A stretch of DNA of 60,495 bases, filler included, from Sphacelaria rigidula (taxonomy: Eukaryota): assembly GCA_964200075.2 (NCBI GenBank). It is 6 parts of 6 records of this genome, joined end to end, with 100 filler letters (N's around TTAATTAATTAA, not from the genome) between each part and the next. Parts side by side here need not be neighbours in the genome. Positions count along the whole stretch, not along the records: positions 20,205 to 30,204 come from CAXNAA020007339.1; positions 30,305 to 40,301 come from CAXNAA020007340.1; 4 more parts are not named here. One strand, 5' to 3'. The notes beneath the pieces were generated by a model. The model was not told the DNA's origin. It saw only the letters and a list, made by a program, of their open reading frames with translations, and did not search any database. The position numbers were made by a program, and so were the translations under genes. Positions 24,937 to 38,000 of this stretch are shown one piece after another; position 1 is the first letter of the stretch; each line of letters opens with the position of its first letter.

Positions 24937-27732
24937 CTATAAAATGAGGTTGATCAATGAAATGAGGTTTGAGGAGGATCGCCTGTGTGCGCCAAAAACC
25001 GGGGGAAGTACCGTCCGCGCGTGCCGTCGATTATTTTCGTGGAGGGGAATCAAGTGTCGGTGGCTGAACTCACCGTCTTTCGACTGTTTTTGTTTGTCTG
25101 CGGCCGGCGGCGGCGTGGAATGCCACCATGAGCTGGGCGAAAAACGGCGATCCAACAACAGTTTGTCCCATGTGAATCAGGTGGGTGACGGTCTTCTCGC
25201 TGTTACGTGCCTCGAGGCCAGTGTGAGAATGACAATCTCCGGCGCTGGTTTGCTCTCCAGTGGCGTATTGGAGGAAGGGTGGACTGTTGCCGCGGTGACG
25301 TGTTGGGGGGATAACAAACCGTTGGTCACCAACATGTCGGGGATAGGATGGATTTTCTCGTCTCGAGCGTGTTTGCACAAGGGAGGCGATATTTATTCAT
25401 CAAACACAGACAGTACTGCGAACATCCGTCGAGCCCTTTAACCCGGTTCGAGCATGTATGATGCACCGTTGGCGAAACACTCGGCAGCGACGGCAGAGAC
25501 CATGCCGATGGCATCAGCACGCTCGTCACTCTTCGCCGCACATCGGCATTGCCCACTCCAATTCGACAATCGTTTCATCTCGTCATCCAGCCCATTGGAA
25601 CTTGTGCTATACGATAACACCTCCACACGCCTGAATCGTACGTTCACAATCGACCCCCAACCTGTGTGCGAAACTATCCTTGTTATCCTTCAACTGTGAT
25701 ACTGCAACCTCAGACGTCAACGTCATCGTTCCCAGCTCCATCATCGACTTCATCGTCATCCTCTTCATCTTCGTTACCCTTGTCGGACGACTCGCATTGT
25801 CCCGTGCAACGTGTGCCCCTCAACCACCTACTCTCGAACCCCGGCCCACCTACGATCAGATCCCCGGGACTGACCACGATAGGCCGTCTCGCATTGATCC
25901 TCCCGCGCCGCCGTCGACTTTCTGGCACTTTGCCTGTTACCGCGTGTTGATTTCTGTCATCACTGCCAAGCGTAGCGGCCAGTAACACGTCTCTACTTCC
26001 TTTGTGTGGTATGGTCGAAGTTATCTGAATGTCACCAACCGACCCGCCCACTTTCCACCTCAAATAATAGAACGGACACGTGTCTGCAACCTCCAAGTAT
26101 AGGGCAGCATCTAGCTGACATGCTTCCCTTCCGGGATCTAGCATGCGTCTTAGCTGTTTTGTCGATGCAGCCAACACAACGTGAACGCGCTGTTCGTCCA
26201 GGATGTGTTGTGGTATAGACTCCAAAGCCTCTGCGGGGGTGTTGTATACCTTGTACGCTCCCCACAGGGGAATATTCGGGTATTCAAGCTCTTTGTCAGG
26301 CTTCGTGATGATGTGGAGCTGTTGAACCTGATGGAGTTTCGAGTACTGCGGCGGGAGTCAACGGAGGGTACGGCGAAGACAACCGCCGTCGACGTGCATA
26401 TCATTCAGTTCGCGAGAGGGTAAGAGGGGCATGGGGATGCAGCAACCTCTGACAAAGGTGTCGAAAAAATGATGGCTCATTGCTGTACTTGTATTTCAGC
26501 AATATGTGGGGAATCCCCAGACACTGGGACGTGGATGCGCGGAGAACTGGCCCCATGGTATGCATAGCCTAACCGCAACCCGGGAGCCAACAGTGCGGAG
26601 AACACATTGCAGTTATTGCAGGATTGGGTCAATCCCGGGGGACAAACACGCGGACGGGAGTAGTTTCGGTCCCACGTACACTTCTGATATCACGCTGCCG
26701 GCGAAGACAACGCACATACGGTTGTCGTGATCATGGGAGTATTTGTTATATCGCGCTTCACGTTTCGAGCAGATTTTTCGGTCGCGAATGACGCCGGCCA
26801 CTCCGGTAAGTACACAGCGGGAAAACACGGGCGCCGAGGATCGTAACAGGGTGGTGATCGGTTTCTCGGGACTTACATTGAACATCCCCGACATGTTCGC
26901 CTTTTAGAAGCCCTTCTCCAGACGGCCTCGGACCTCTTTGATCGGGCCGTTTACAAGGTAGAGCTCCGTCGGGCGGCCGAGCCCGAGAGCGACCTCCAGT
27001 AGCTGTGTGCCCTCGACCCCGATACCCATGACGGCATCCCCTGCGACGGTAAACCTGTCCGAATACGAGTGATGTCAATCTCGCGGAGCCAACATACGGT
27101 GCTGCAGTATACCCTGTGCGATTCTTCCCTGACCATTTATGTCGTGCTGCAAATGTATACGAACTAAATGTTTGCATTACTCTGACCCGTCTGATACCGG
27201 TATCTCCCCAACCTGACAATAGGGCAGGAATACCATGTCAGACACTCGCGGCTGTTTCTGACCACGACGCCAGCAGGAACGTCAACTTCGCTGTGAGTTT
27301 TCACGGCTCGGTACATGTCGGCGCCGATCGACAGAAAAAACGACATCTTTGTGTCGTCATCTGTACATCACGACCGCAGGGGGGAGGGGGAACCACTACA
27401 AAAAAAGAAACTCACCTTTTGACGAAGGCCGTCAGTATCCTGGGCGGGAAAGAATTGATCGGCCCGCCTATAGGCCCTCCTTGTTTGCACACCAGCTTGT
27501 CTTCTGGCCCTCCGCCCATCTTCTGCCAGCAATCTGATTCTTTGCCGTCGCTCTTGATGGCGAAAGTAACCCTCGGGTTTACCGTGAATGTCTCTGCGTC
27601 TTCGGTGGATTCCTTGTGAGCCAACATGATTGCCTCCATGTGAGGGTAGAAGTGGTGCTTCTCGTCTTTTTTCCGGGAACCTCCGTCGCGGCTGGAGTAC
27701 TCTACTAGCACGAAGTCGGTCTCGATGACCAT
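24937..27732 (-). pseudogene. Decayed spliced gene of unknown function with short introns
   Basis: Exon-like blocks 27416-27732 and 27213-27360, and blocks starting at 27054 and 26345, with GT-AG introns of 55 and 158 nt. Lesions include a frameshift at the first junction and in-frame stops (e.g. TAA at 26904-26906). An acidic tract NEDEEDDDEVDDG lies near 25750. Confidence 0.5.
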
Positions 27733-27938
27733 GGAGGGGTCGGCAGCGATCGCGCTTGCGAAGGGATACCCGGGGTAGTGGATCGCCGCGGCGGCGGAGG
27801 GTGAGGGGTTAGGGTTGGGGTGTGAATGTCGCCACGGGACGAGGTATTATTATAATTTGAGAGAAGGTAAGCGCGGTCGACGGGGACGGAATAAACGAAG
27901 CTCGCGCCATCCCGCGAGCGTGTCGTAGATATTGTTTA

Positions 27939-28330
27939 CTACATAGCATTTTCATCAGTACGGCTGTCGATCTTTGACCCGCCACTACGTGGAGTATTGG
28001 TGGACACGTGATTTGCAGGCCGTACTACCTCGGATTCGATGTCCGTGTTGATCCCACGGCCGGGGAACCGCAAACGCGATGGTGCCCATCGGATGCAAGA
28101 CTTGCAGCACCTTTTCCACGAACCGTTTGAAGTATCGCTTGACATCATTGTTTGTCAAGCTCAACATTGCGTTTTCGCCGTCGATGGAGACCTTGATTAG
28201 CCTCGGCTGTCTCTTTACAGGGAGCGGTTCTCGTTCGTCGATAAGAGCGCAGTTGCGGCGGAGTGGGTTCACCTCGTGCACGCTGGGATGCTGAGCTCTT
28301 TGCAGTCAAGCGGCGCAAGCATTAGGTATC
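27939..28330 (-). pseudogene. 3' part of a frameshifted orphan gene upstream of, and co-oriented with, the 24937-27732 pseudogene
   Basis: Protein-like RLIKVSIDGENAMLSLTNNDVKRYFKRFVEKVLQVLHPMG appears to continue in another frame as FPGRGINTDIESEVVRPANHVS. Confidence 0.35.
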
Positions 28331-28770
28331 ATCGTGTCCTTCACTTCGGTGAGCGGGGGACAACCGCACGTCCTCTGGGGTGTCGTGGGTATTCTATCGA
28401 GATGCGCAACAGAAAAAAAAAGCTGCGAGTGCTACATCTAGTCTGGCGAGGGGATGATCTTCGTCTTCGACTATCGTCGTTGACAGCAGCAACGCTTCCT
28501 CGAGCGAGCTTGGTATATCTAAATGACGTTTTTTCGCATCGGTTGACGCTTTTTTTGAAGCAAATACAAGCAAACCGCGAGTGTGGCAGGTCGTCTGGCA
28601 CACATACGAGCCTTTTGTTCTCGTGTAATCAGATACCCCCTCCCCCCCCACAATCGCAGGCAAGGCTGGTAAACCACCCATGATGTAGTGTGAAAGACGT
28701 GGCTGTCTCTGGAAGTGGCCAAACCATAAAATAAAGCACCTGTAGCCAAAATACACCAAGGCGTAGTAGA

Positions 28771-30204
28771 TGTAGCACGTGTAGGATCCTGGATGATGAC
28801 CAGGGNNNNNNNNNNCTGTGTAGCCTAAGCCTGAAGGTACAGGTCGCGGCTGCTTACTTCATGAGTGGATGCTCTAAGAGAAGTTCTTATCGAGCGTGAG
28901 GCCAGTGGGTTCTGGAGAAGTCCTTTACTGAATAGCCCTCTTGTTCAGATCGTCTGGCAGAGGCTATACTATCTAGATATTATTCTTCGGCACTCTGTTG
29001 GTGGAGTTTTGGCTGAGGAGAGATTGGGCTGCAGCATAGAGCTAGTTCAGCCCGCAGACGGAAGACAGCTTACAGCGCACCGCGTTCGAAAGAACACACT
29101 CCGCTGGAGAGACGCTCAAGTAAGGCAAGAGTCTATCCGTAATGTTTTAGTCATAGAGAACATGGCTCAAGCGGCAACGATGCCGCTGGTTTGGGATAAA
29201 CCGTTAGAAACGTCAAGGTATGACGAGCGTAAGCAACAGAAACAGCTGCCGACTTCGCGAGCGTTGTTCACTCGCGTATGTTACAATTGTGGCGGCCATG
29301 GGCATATTTTAAGATTTTGCCCCGAGCCTCGCGCTAAAGGCGCTGCGCAAGGAAATGCGCGAGATAGGTCAAGATCTCGAGGCGGTCGTTGTGGCGGACA
29401 AGGTATGAGCAACCAGAGATACGAGTGCAGAGGCAGGGGCCAAAAAACGAAACCAAGCGACGGAGAAGTGTAATTCTGCCGCTACTGTATCCCAAACTGC
29501 GTTTTCAAGTGATGGCGCTAGATCTCCAGGTTCGTCTGTGTCGGGGCGGCTGACATATGTGGGAAGAGATAATACTTTGATGGGGAGTGCTGGAGCGGAA
29601 GGCTCGCAACCCATAGGCCCGGCAGGATTTGTGTCGGGTGTGTCCCCCACTGTTGCGACGAATGCAAAAACATCGATGTCAAGTGCTGGAGCGCTGCCTT
29701 GGCGTCAAGTGACTCTTGGTACTAACCAGAGTTTTTCTTCGGCAGGTGTGGTGCCTGTCGACCGCAGCGCAGAATGTTTGCGTGCTGATCTATCTATACC
29801 CGGTTCTGTTGGTTCTTTTATGGCTCGAGTTTTTCTCGACTCTGGATCAGCAATCACATCAATAAGTGTGGGGTTGCTGCAACAGCTATCGTCACAGTTT
29901 GGGTACGCCCAGCTACAGCAACCATTTGATAATGGACCGCAAATGGCACGGAGCGCCACGGGTGCGCCCGTGACTATTTCTCATAAAACGGTGCCTATTG
30001 CTGTAAGCGTGCGAACGCCGTGGGGTGCTGTGGAGATGTCGCCAATCACTTTCGCGGTCATGCCTGGCAACGACAATGTGGTGTTGTTTGGCATGGCGAC
30101 TATGAAGGAACTCGGGGTAGATTTGTATCCGCTGGCTTTGGAAAAGTTACGCCCGCGTGCTGTGCCGGTGCAGATCGGCATGAACAACCCTAGTTATCTT
30201 CCGG
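28771..30204 (+). mobile_element. Ty3/gypsy-like LTR retrotransposon fragment (gag zinc knuckle and aspartic protease), cut by the scaffold end
   Basis: CX2CX4HX4C knuckle CYNCGGHGHILRFC at 29279-29320. Retropepsin motif VFLDSGSAITSI (Asp codon at 29838) and a downstream VVLFGMATMKELG motif. The left boundary is approximate. Confidence 0.85.
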
Positions 30205-32072
30205 NNNNNNNNNNNNNNNNNNNNNNNNNNNNNNNNNNNNNNNNNNNNTTAATTAATTAANNNNNNNNNNNNNNNNNNNNNNNNNNNNNNNNNNNNNNNN
30301 NNNNCTCCCCGCCTCTCGGTCGGGGTTGGCGGTTGGGGGCGTTCCGTCCACGGAGACGGATGGCGGCAGAGACCAGACGATGGTCCGATTTCATCTCGGG
30401 GTGCACTGTATACCAAGCCCAATTTTCACCCAACCTCTACATGCTTCAAATCATAGTATCCGTCATCGACACGGGAATCTGACGAGAAAAACATATTTTT
30501 AAAACGGTTACTAGGGGGGTCGAATTATACGCGAAACCGTGATGTTTCGGTGATGTCGGGTGTCGGCGTCGGCTAATTTCCACTAATGAAACGCACGAAA
30601 CACCCAGGGAGCCTCGTGGCGGTGTCCCCTGTATCTGTTGAGCAAAAGCTCAGATCGCCCTCAAACTCGGCAATTCCGTAGGTATTGATGCTCAAAATGG
30701 AAAAATTATATTCTCAACAGAATATTATGTTCTCCCCGTCCTCTACCGGCTTCCAGGGGTCCCAGCATGAAGACCCCCGGAAGGCGGTACAGAACATGCC
30801 CTAAAAGAAAAATAGTAAAATGATGCGTCCCGGGAGAGTCCAACGAATACATGTACAAAGTTTGGTGAAGAAACTGGAAAACCTCAGGGGCATTGCGGAA
30901 CTGAAACGGCTTGTTCACTAATTGACCGCTGTTCACTCTCAATCGTACCTTTAACTCTCAATTTCAGGAAAACGTTATTTTATATCACGCTGCGTTACTC
31001 ATGTCCCATCCGAAAAATCAAATCTTGCGTAGCGTTCAATGACCCAAAGTCACGTGTTTTCGAATGTGTCACGTTAAAAAGTCACGTGTCACGTATCCCT
31101 CCCAGATTTTGACGTTCCGGATCAATTCAGTCGAGCATAAGTATCGGAACATGAATCAGGGAAAGTACACTCGATGAACCTCTGAAGACCGGTGGACCTC
31201 GTTCAAAACTGGTCGCGTGTATTATATTTTGTTCTCAAACGTGTCATGTGCTCATGCCTCGCGATTTCCGACGTTTAGGATCAAACAGAATTCATAAGGA
31301 GTCATGGTAACCTGAAAAAAAAAATTGCTTTCAGTCAAAATGCCGTGTTCAAGGGTGGACTATGGTACCAGATGAAACTTTTGACTCGTGAGTGTAGGCT
31401 GGTGGCTGGCTGCTGGTGCACCCGACTACGGTGCTGCAAGCGCTCACCAGAGAGGGTGACAGCTACACCTAGGGCTGTACCTTTTTTTCAAAGTGTCGTA
31501 TGTCGCTCTTCTGCATGTGCCCTCGTAGTCAAGGTTGAAGGTAATCATGCTCGAAGTCGGTCGAGTCGCCTTGTGCGTACGTGAAACGCCGCAGCCCCAG
31601 GTATACGTTCGATACACTAGGGGCCATAGTTCCAGTGCAGCGCATGAAACATAGGCCACTGTTATAATCACCGTCATTCGGTGCACATTCTTGTTGAGCT
31701 TTTAGATCCACAGGTCTACTACACGTTCACGTCTAGCAGGCAACACCTCGTGAATGTCCTCGGCGATTCTCCACCCTCCTTCCTCATCGCCCCATCCTCG
31801 TTTTCAACAGTTGGATCCAGCAGCATCGCACAAAATCTGTCCAGCCGAAGCGTGGAAAATTCATCCTAATTGCATGTTGCGTGACTCAAAGACGAACCCA
31901 GCATATCAATGCCATGAGAGCTGCGTGTCATTTTGAACCAGAAACGTACTGCGCCACAGTATTGAGCTGTCGGGGAGCTAGAAATGTCGCACAGGAATCT
32001 GTCTATTTGTACTCTTTTTCGCATGCAATCGCAACACGAAAAAAACTATTATAGGAAGCGTGTACACTGCGT

Positions 32073-35000
32073 CTAGCCTACAACCGGAACAGGGCGGCCC
32101 GCAGAAGCGTACATCTCGTAGTTCTCCGATACCTGAAGGACACAACAGAAATGCGATACACGTCAAAACGAGGGAAGCAAACACACAGCAAATATCGCCA
32201 AAACAGTAGCAGTGTGGTTCAAGGGGCCGAAGGAAAAATCGTGTGATCAAGCTTCTTTTCGTCTGCAGCAGTGAGCGCTTCAACTAGCTAGTTCATGACA
32301 TTTCAGGATTTTTCCGTGGTTGGCGATCTCCTTGGATTCTTTTTCCCCGCCACCGCTCATCACATCGGGGATCTAAAAGTATTTGTATCCACTCCACATT
32401 CCAAGAAAAAAAGAAATATAGATGTTCTCAAAAGTAGTGACTTGCGGACTACCCCGTCATTGAGGATCCTGCCATGTTTCAGCTCAGATTCCTTCTCTTT
32501 GGCATTTTCGGTCAATCGAGCCTGTCCCGATGATATTTGTGAAAAAATGTACATTATTTTTTTCACGTCTACCTAATCATTGCACAAAAGCCGAAAAACC
32601 GCGCTTCATGGTGAGTAACATCCTCCTGATGAACGGAGAACTTAATCTTTTAGCCCGAAAACATTCCAACGAATTAAAAATATAGATGTTCTCAAAAGTA
32701 GTGACTTGCGGTGTCATTGAGGGTCCTGCCATGTTTCAGCTCAGGTTCCTTCTCTTTGGCATTTTCGGTCAATCGAGCCTGTCCCGATGATATTTGTGAA
32801 AAAATGTACATTATTTTTTTCTAGTTTCACCTAATCATTGCACGAGAGCCGAAAAACTGCGTTTCACGATCAATAACATCCTCCTGATGAACGGGGTACT
32901 TAATCTTCTAACCCGAAGCTAGCAATTCTGAGTTGTTTTGAAGAGTAGTACACGAGGGAAACTCCAAAACACCCCTGAATAGTTAGACCGCCCACTACTG
33001 TATCGCATCAAGCATCGAGCGAAACGAGTCGCACAACAACCCAACAATGCGATCGCACAGTGTAGGTAATCGGGAAATATGACACGGCTGACTGCTCCTT
33101 CAGAAAAATTCAGTGTCATTAGCTAAGGTTGCAGCTGCAGGAGCAACTTTTATCGCGTGCTTGGGTAGGGTACTCCTTACCCATGATCCAGGGTGAGATG
33201 CAGATAGAAATCTCTGTGTGCCAGCAACGTAAACCTACAGGGTCACGGATAATATCAAAAAACGAACAAATCTCGGTGATCAAACTGCAAGGCCGACAGA
33301 CGGCTAGGGCGAACGGTGACAGATTCAACTCCTCACAGATACGACGTTTTCGCATGGTCTTGTTCTCGTCGTTAAAATCTTCAGTACGCGGGTAACGAGC
33401 GCCAGTCGACGACAGGTGACCAGAGCTGGAACTCAAGTAGAATCCTCGGTAGAAAATTTCACCACGGGTCAACATGGATCCTTCGGGACAGTTGACTCGT
33501 GCTGAAGAGGATGGCCGTTGTAGGAATCCCCGATGGGTGACCGTCTCCGGGAACGCAGACTTGGAAGTTTAGGAAATATTTATGTGACGTCCAATCCGAA
33601 GCTTCACAAAGGCAGAGGGATGTCCCCCGTTTCCTCGGAAGTGTTTGTAGGGGTATCCCTGCGACTACATTGCAGTCCATCCTCTGTTCTTCATTCCTGT
33701 ATCTTTACTGCGCGCATTTTCTTCGTTTTTTGTGAGGGAATTTTTCTGTCGTCGACTTGAACGTGTCTCTTCTCGTGACCACGGCGGCATATATAACGGA
33801 TAAGGTTGTCATATACCGTAAACAATCAAGTCATCGATCGAAATATATATATATACCTGTATATGTACTATTACACACAGAGAAGGTAACACAGTGAGCC
33901 GGGTCCGTATCGCACGGTTGACTTGGTTGGGTTACCACATGAGACTGCTAGGTACGAATCTATCTCAGAGAGGGCGGTCGAGAGACTTCGGTGCCGTGCG
34001 TTGCAAAGATCTTGCCGTGGCTAGCCGAAGATAAAGCCGGGCCGGGCAGAGTTTCACCCCTATCGCGGACATTATGATATTTTTTATCTTCAGCGCCGAA
34101 GGGAGTGACATTCCTAGCAGAGGTCAATAATTTCCGCATCTTTTCAGAAAAGTTGAGCGTGCCTCTTGAAAGCCTCCATAATTCAGCGTGAGATATGAGA
34201 AGCAAACAAACGATTTGATCCTATACCGAAATGCACATACTAGGGGGGGGAATCTGATCATCTTGCGTGCCGTAGTGATGAAGGCCACTGATATCGCATC
34301 CCTACACAGAAAGATGACCTCGGCGCCTAGCTCACGCAGTGAGGGGCGTGTTCTACAACGTGATTGTCAACCGACGCCAAACCCGACAGGGAGTGGGGCA
34401 TGATGGACCAGGATTTCCGGGAGGAGGGGGGCTTGTTCGGCGATCAAAGCCAGACGTTAAAATAAATTAGGATTACACATTTTCATCCAGAAACACTCAC
34501 CACAGCCCAGTTGATCACGTTCCAGAAAGCTGAGATGTACTCAGGCCTGCGGTTTTGGTACTTAAGGTAGTACGCGTGCTCCCACACGTCCAGGCCCAGG
34601 ATGGGCACCATGGCTGTCCCGGAAGCACCGTCCATGAGGGGGTTATCTGAGCGAGCAGGGTAAATAATGGGGTGTATGGTGACGGCTGTTATCGTGTTTG
34701 GTGACACGCGGAAATGAATCGTCACTACTTTACCATCCCTCGTTATCCCGCCATATATGATGAACCCTTGTGTATCCATCTTTTCATTCATGAAAAATCC
34801 CATCCGGTAATGTCTCAATCACACATGGCTTCACGCACTTGGGACTGCTGCCGAGATAGCCCCCCTCGAACCGGCCAAAAAAGTGCACGGAGGCGATGAG
34901 CATAAATGCCGTCAGAGTTGGTATTGGGCTACACGCCTCTTATGTGGGTGGAATATCTGCAAACGAGCCCAATAGTGGGATCGCAGCCGGTTTGTCGGAC

Positions 35001-38000
35001 GGTCTCCGGTGCACCTGTCGTGGGGGGGCTATCTCGACATTTGTCTTGGGTGATTTATCGTCAAATTGCTTACCCTTCTTCTCGTTCTCCCACAACCCAG
35101 ATATTTCAACAGAAAAATGTGAAAATCCTCACGTAGATCAAACTCTCACAAGGCCACCTTGGTACCTGATAAAAGAAGTGAAAATCTCCCCATGATCACT
35201 TCCGACGCGGGCGGTAAAAGGGGAAGATGTCGCGCGACCAACACATATCTCGTGTGAAAAGATACGTCCAACTCCACCGGGCCATGTGTGAAATGCTGAA
35301 AATATGTACAACGACCAGAACTGAAGTACAGATTTCTTTGAAGCGGGACATAATATATGCTCGACCGTCAAAAACGTCACCCAACCGACACACGTTTTTT
35401 CCCACGCGTCACGCTTTGTCCCGAAGCGGCCCGTAAAGCATCTTAAATGGTTGTGCGATGGCGACCGCGGTTTTGTGGATCTATCCCGCCCTGCACGCGA
35501 AATACACCTGATCGGCTCTGCTGAAAAAAAATCACGCATGACCACTTTTCGAAGCGGACGACAAGAAGTGAAATTTCCACATTAACAACCTCTGAAACAC
35601 GCAACATTCTTGAACCGGTTCAGGGGCATGACCACGTGCAAAACACAGGTTACGCTGGCCATGTGGAAAGCCTCGGAAAAACACGTCTTCATCCACGGTA
35701 CTCGTGTCACTGCCTGTGCATGTATGCGTTCCACTTCGCGATCCGTGACAACAACTGATCGGTGCTCTGTGGTCAAGTGTCGGAGAGTTTTCGAATGACT
35801 TGGTCGTCGTGAATGGGTCTCGACTGCCGCTTCGTATTTTGGGTCTCTTCGCCCACGGGACCAGTTTGTTGCGGGTGATGGAGGACCCAGTACAGAGCGA
35901 GGCTCGCACGTAGCCATCACCGGTATTCCCGTGTTGCACAGGAGTAAAAACTCACCTCTAATTTGGATGTGTACATGTAATGTGCTGAAATGAAACAAGA
36001 TTAAACAACAGATCAGAGTAAGTACCAAAGGCGTCCCTCACCCCCGCTGGTTGCATGAATCGGCCTCGCCTTGTGCTCGGTGGATACACGACACAGCACA
36101 GCACAGCACAGTACTTAACAGTAGGAACAACAGCAACGATGATATACACAACTGACCCTGGTTGGGGGTGCTAGTGATGGTGAGTTTTCCGCCCTTGTTG
36201 CACCCAATCCAAGCCCATCCGGACCCGAACACGCCCGCGGCAGCAGCGTTGAATTGCTCCTTCATCGCATCCATGGACCCGAAAGAGTCATCGATCGCCT
36301 TCGCGAGCTATCGCGAAAAGAAGGACGGGGGAGGGGGGGTGATTAGAGACACAAAAAAGACGAAGACAACGCGAACGGAGATACAGGAAGATCGGGAAGG
36401 GAAAAGGAGAGTTCGGTTATCTCACTACAAACACCCAGAGTTTCCGAAAAGCTTGTCGAACGATGGTCACCTCAGTGCACATGCTGGAGAAGGGGGGCGG
36501 AGGGGAGACAAAAAGACAGTGATCTACGGAAAAAGCTTGAACGATGACGCTAGTGTACCCAACCGCACGGGAACAGTAACGCGCTGCAGTGGAGAAAAAA
36601 TATCAAGGATTTTTTTGGTCCAAATGCGACAGGTAGTGCTCCTGCCGGTCGCGACAGAATCCAGAAGCACCTACACACATGGGTATATAGTGTATATGAA
36701 TGAGGCGGATCAAATTTTGATTCAAGTAGAGGGCTGCGAGAGAAGAAAAAAACCCGTAAATTTTTTAATCACAGAAACTACAAGCTGGACCAGCAGTTAA
36801 TCCCGGATTAGCTCTCCACACCACAACTTATCAAGCTCTCCAAATCAGCACGACTTGAGCATATCGCTGTGAAGTGCAGACCAACCTCGTGACACACGGC
36901 ACCGCCGCTGTATGAAAAAAAAATGAAAGAAAATGTAACGCGTAATATATTACCTCAACGACGGACGAAAAAAAAAGAAAATGCCGGGATTCGGACTCAT
37001 AACCTCCTTCATCTGAGTGTTCCATCACCTGAATTGAAGGGGCGCGGCCGTGTCACACGAGAAGTGCAATGCCGCGCCAAATTTGAGGTGTCGTTGGCCA
37101 AAACTTCCCCAAAATGTCGTTGACGCAGGTACCCGTATGTGTCAGAGGGTTATCGTTTTCATCATTTTCTGACGAAGTTGTAGCATTTTTCCTGCTTTCG
37201 CCAAAACTTTGACGCGCTTCAACTCCCCCCCCCCCCTTTTTTCCCATTGCCCCCCCAATAAGGTTGCGCGGATTGTTGATAAAGTGTCGTGTCAAAATAT
37301 CGGCGCCCAACTCTTGGAAAACCAATGACATCTCGACTCTTCGTTCAAAAATCACTGTCAGCTGGCCCAGCTCGTATAATTGTTCTTCAACTACTGCCGC
37401 GACTCATTCGCGCATTTCGTACCGCGGGAGACGGCGATCCGCTGCTGGCTGAGGAGCAAAGGGTGTTCCAGAACAGGCAGTGGTTGTAGTGGCCTGAAAG
37501 TAGTGAAAAGCAGGCGATGTAAAAATAATGGGGCGCAGAAAAAATGGCCACAAGAGATGGTGAGGGGCGGGAGGGGAAAGGGGGATTCCTACAAGTTTTT
37601 GGAACTGCAATGTGACTTCACCGATAATCTCTACTCTGCGCCTTGGACACGTGACGCCTACTTCAAAAACTTGCGACTGGACCCGTACCCGCGATCGAAT
37701 TTATGATGAAAAAACAGCAAGGGTTGAGGGGTGTCAGAAAAAGTTTTTTGTGGTGCAGACAATGAAGCTCTTGTCAAGAGACACGTGTTCGTTGCCTCGC
37801 GCATTCGGCGCGTCATGTTCCATTGTTCATCGACCGCGGGCAGCAGCGCGTTATTTTTAAACCACGAGTGTGGAAAACTCGATACAGAAATGGTGGGGAG
37901 GCGTTAAAATGCAAGAGCCAAACCAGCAAAGTAACAACAGATCGAGCCAAATTGGGTTCCCTCCTTCTACAGAAGCTTACGACAGGAATCGCGACTCCGG

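Noticed and set aside
34483-34818. Single-exon SOD ORF ending VSVSG*
   Set aside because: It reads through introns. A gtgagt donor follows 34501 and a fitting last exon lies at 32073-32132.
36162-36800. 212-aa plus-strand ORF
   Set aside because: It is the antisense shadow of a SOD exon plus intron sequence.
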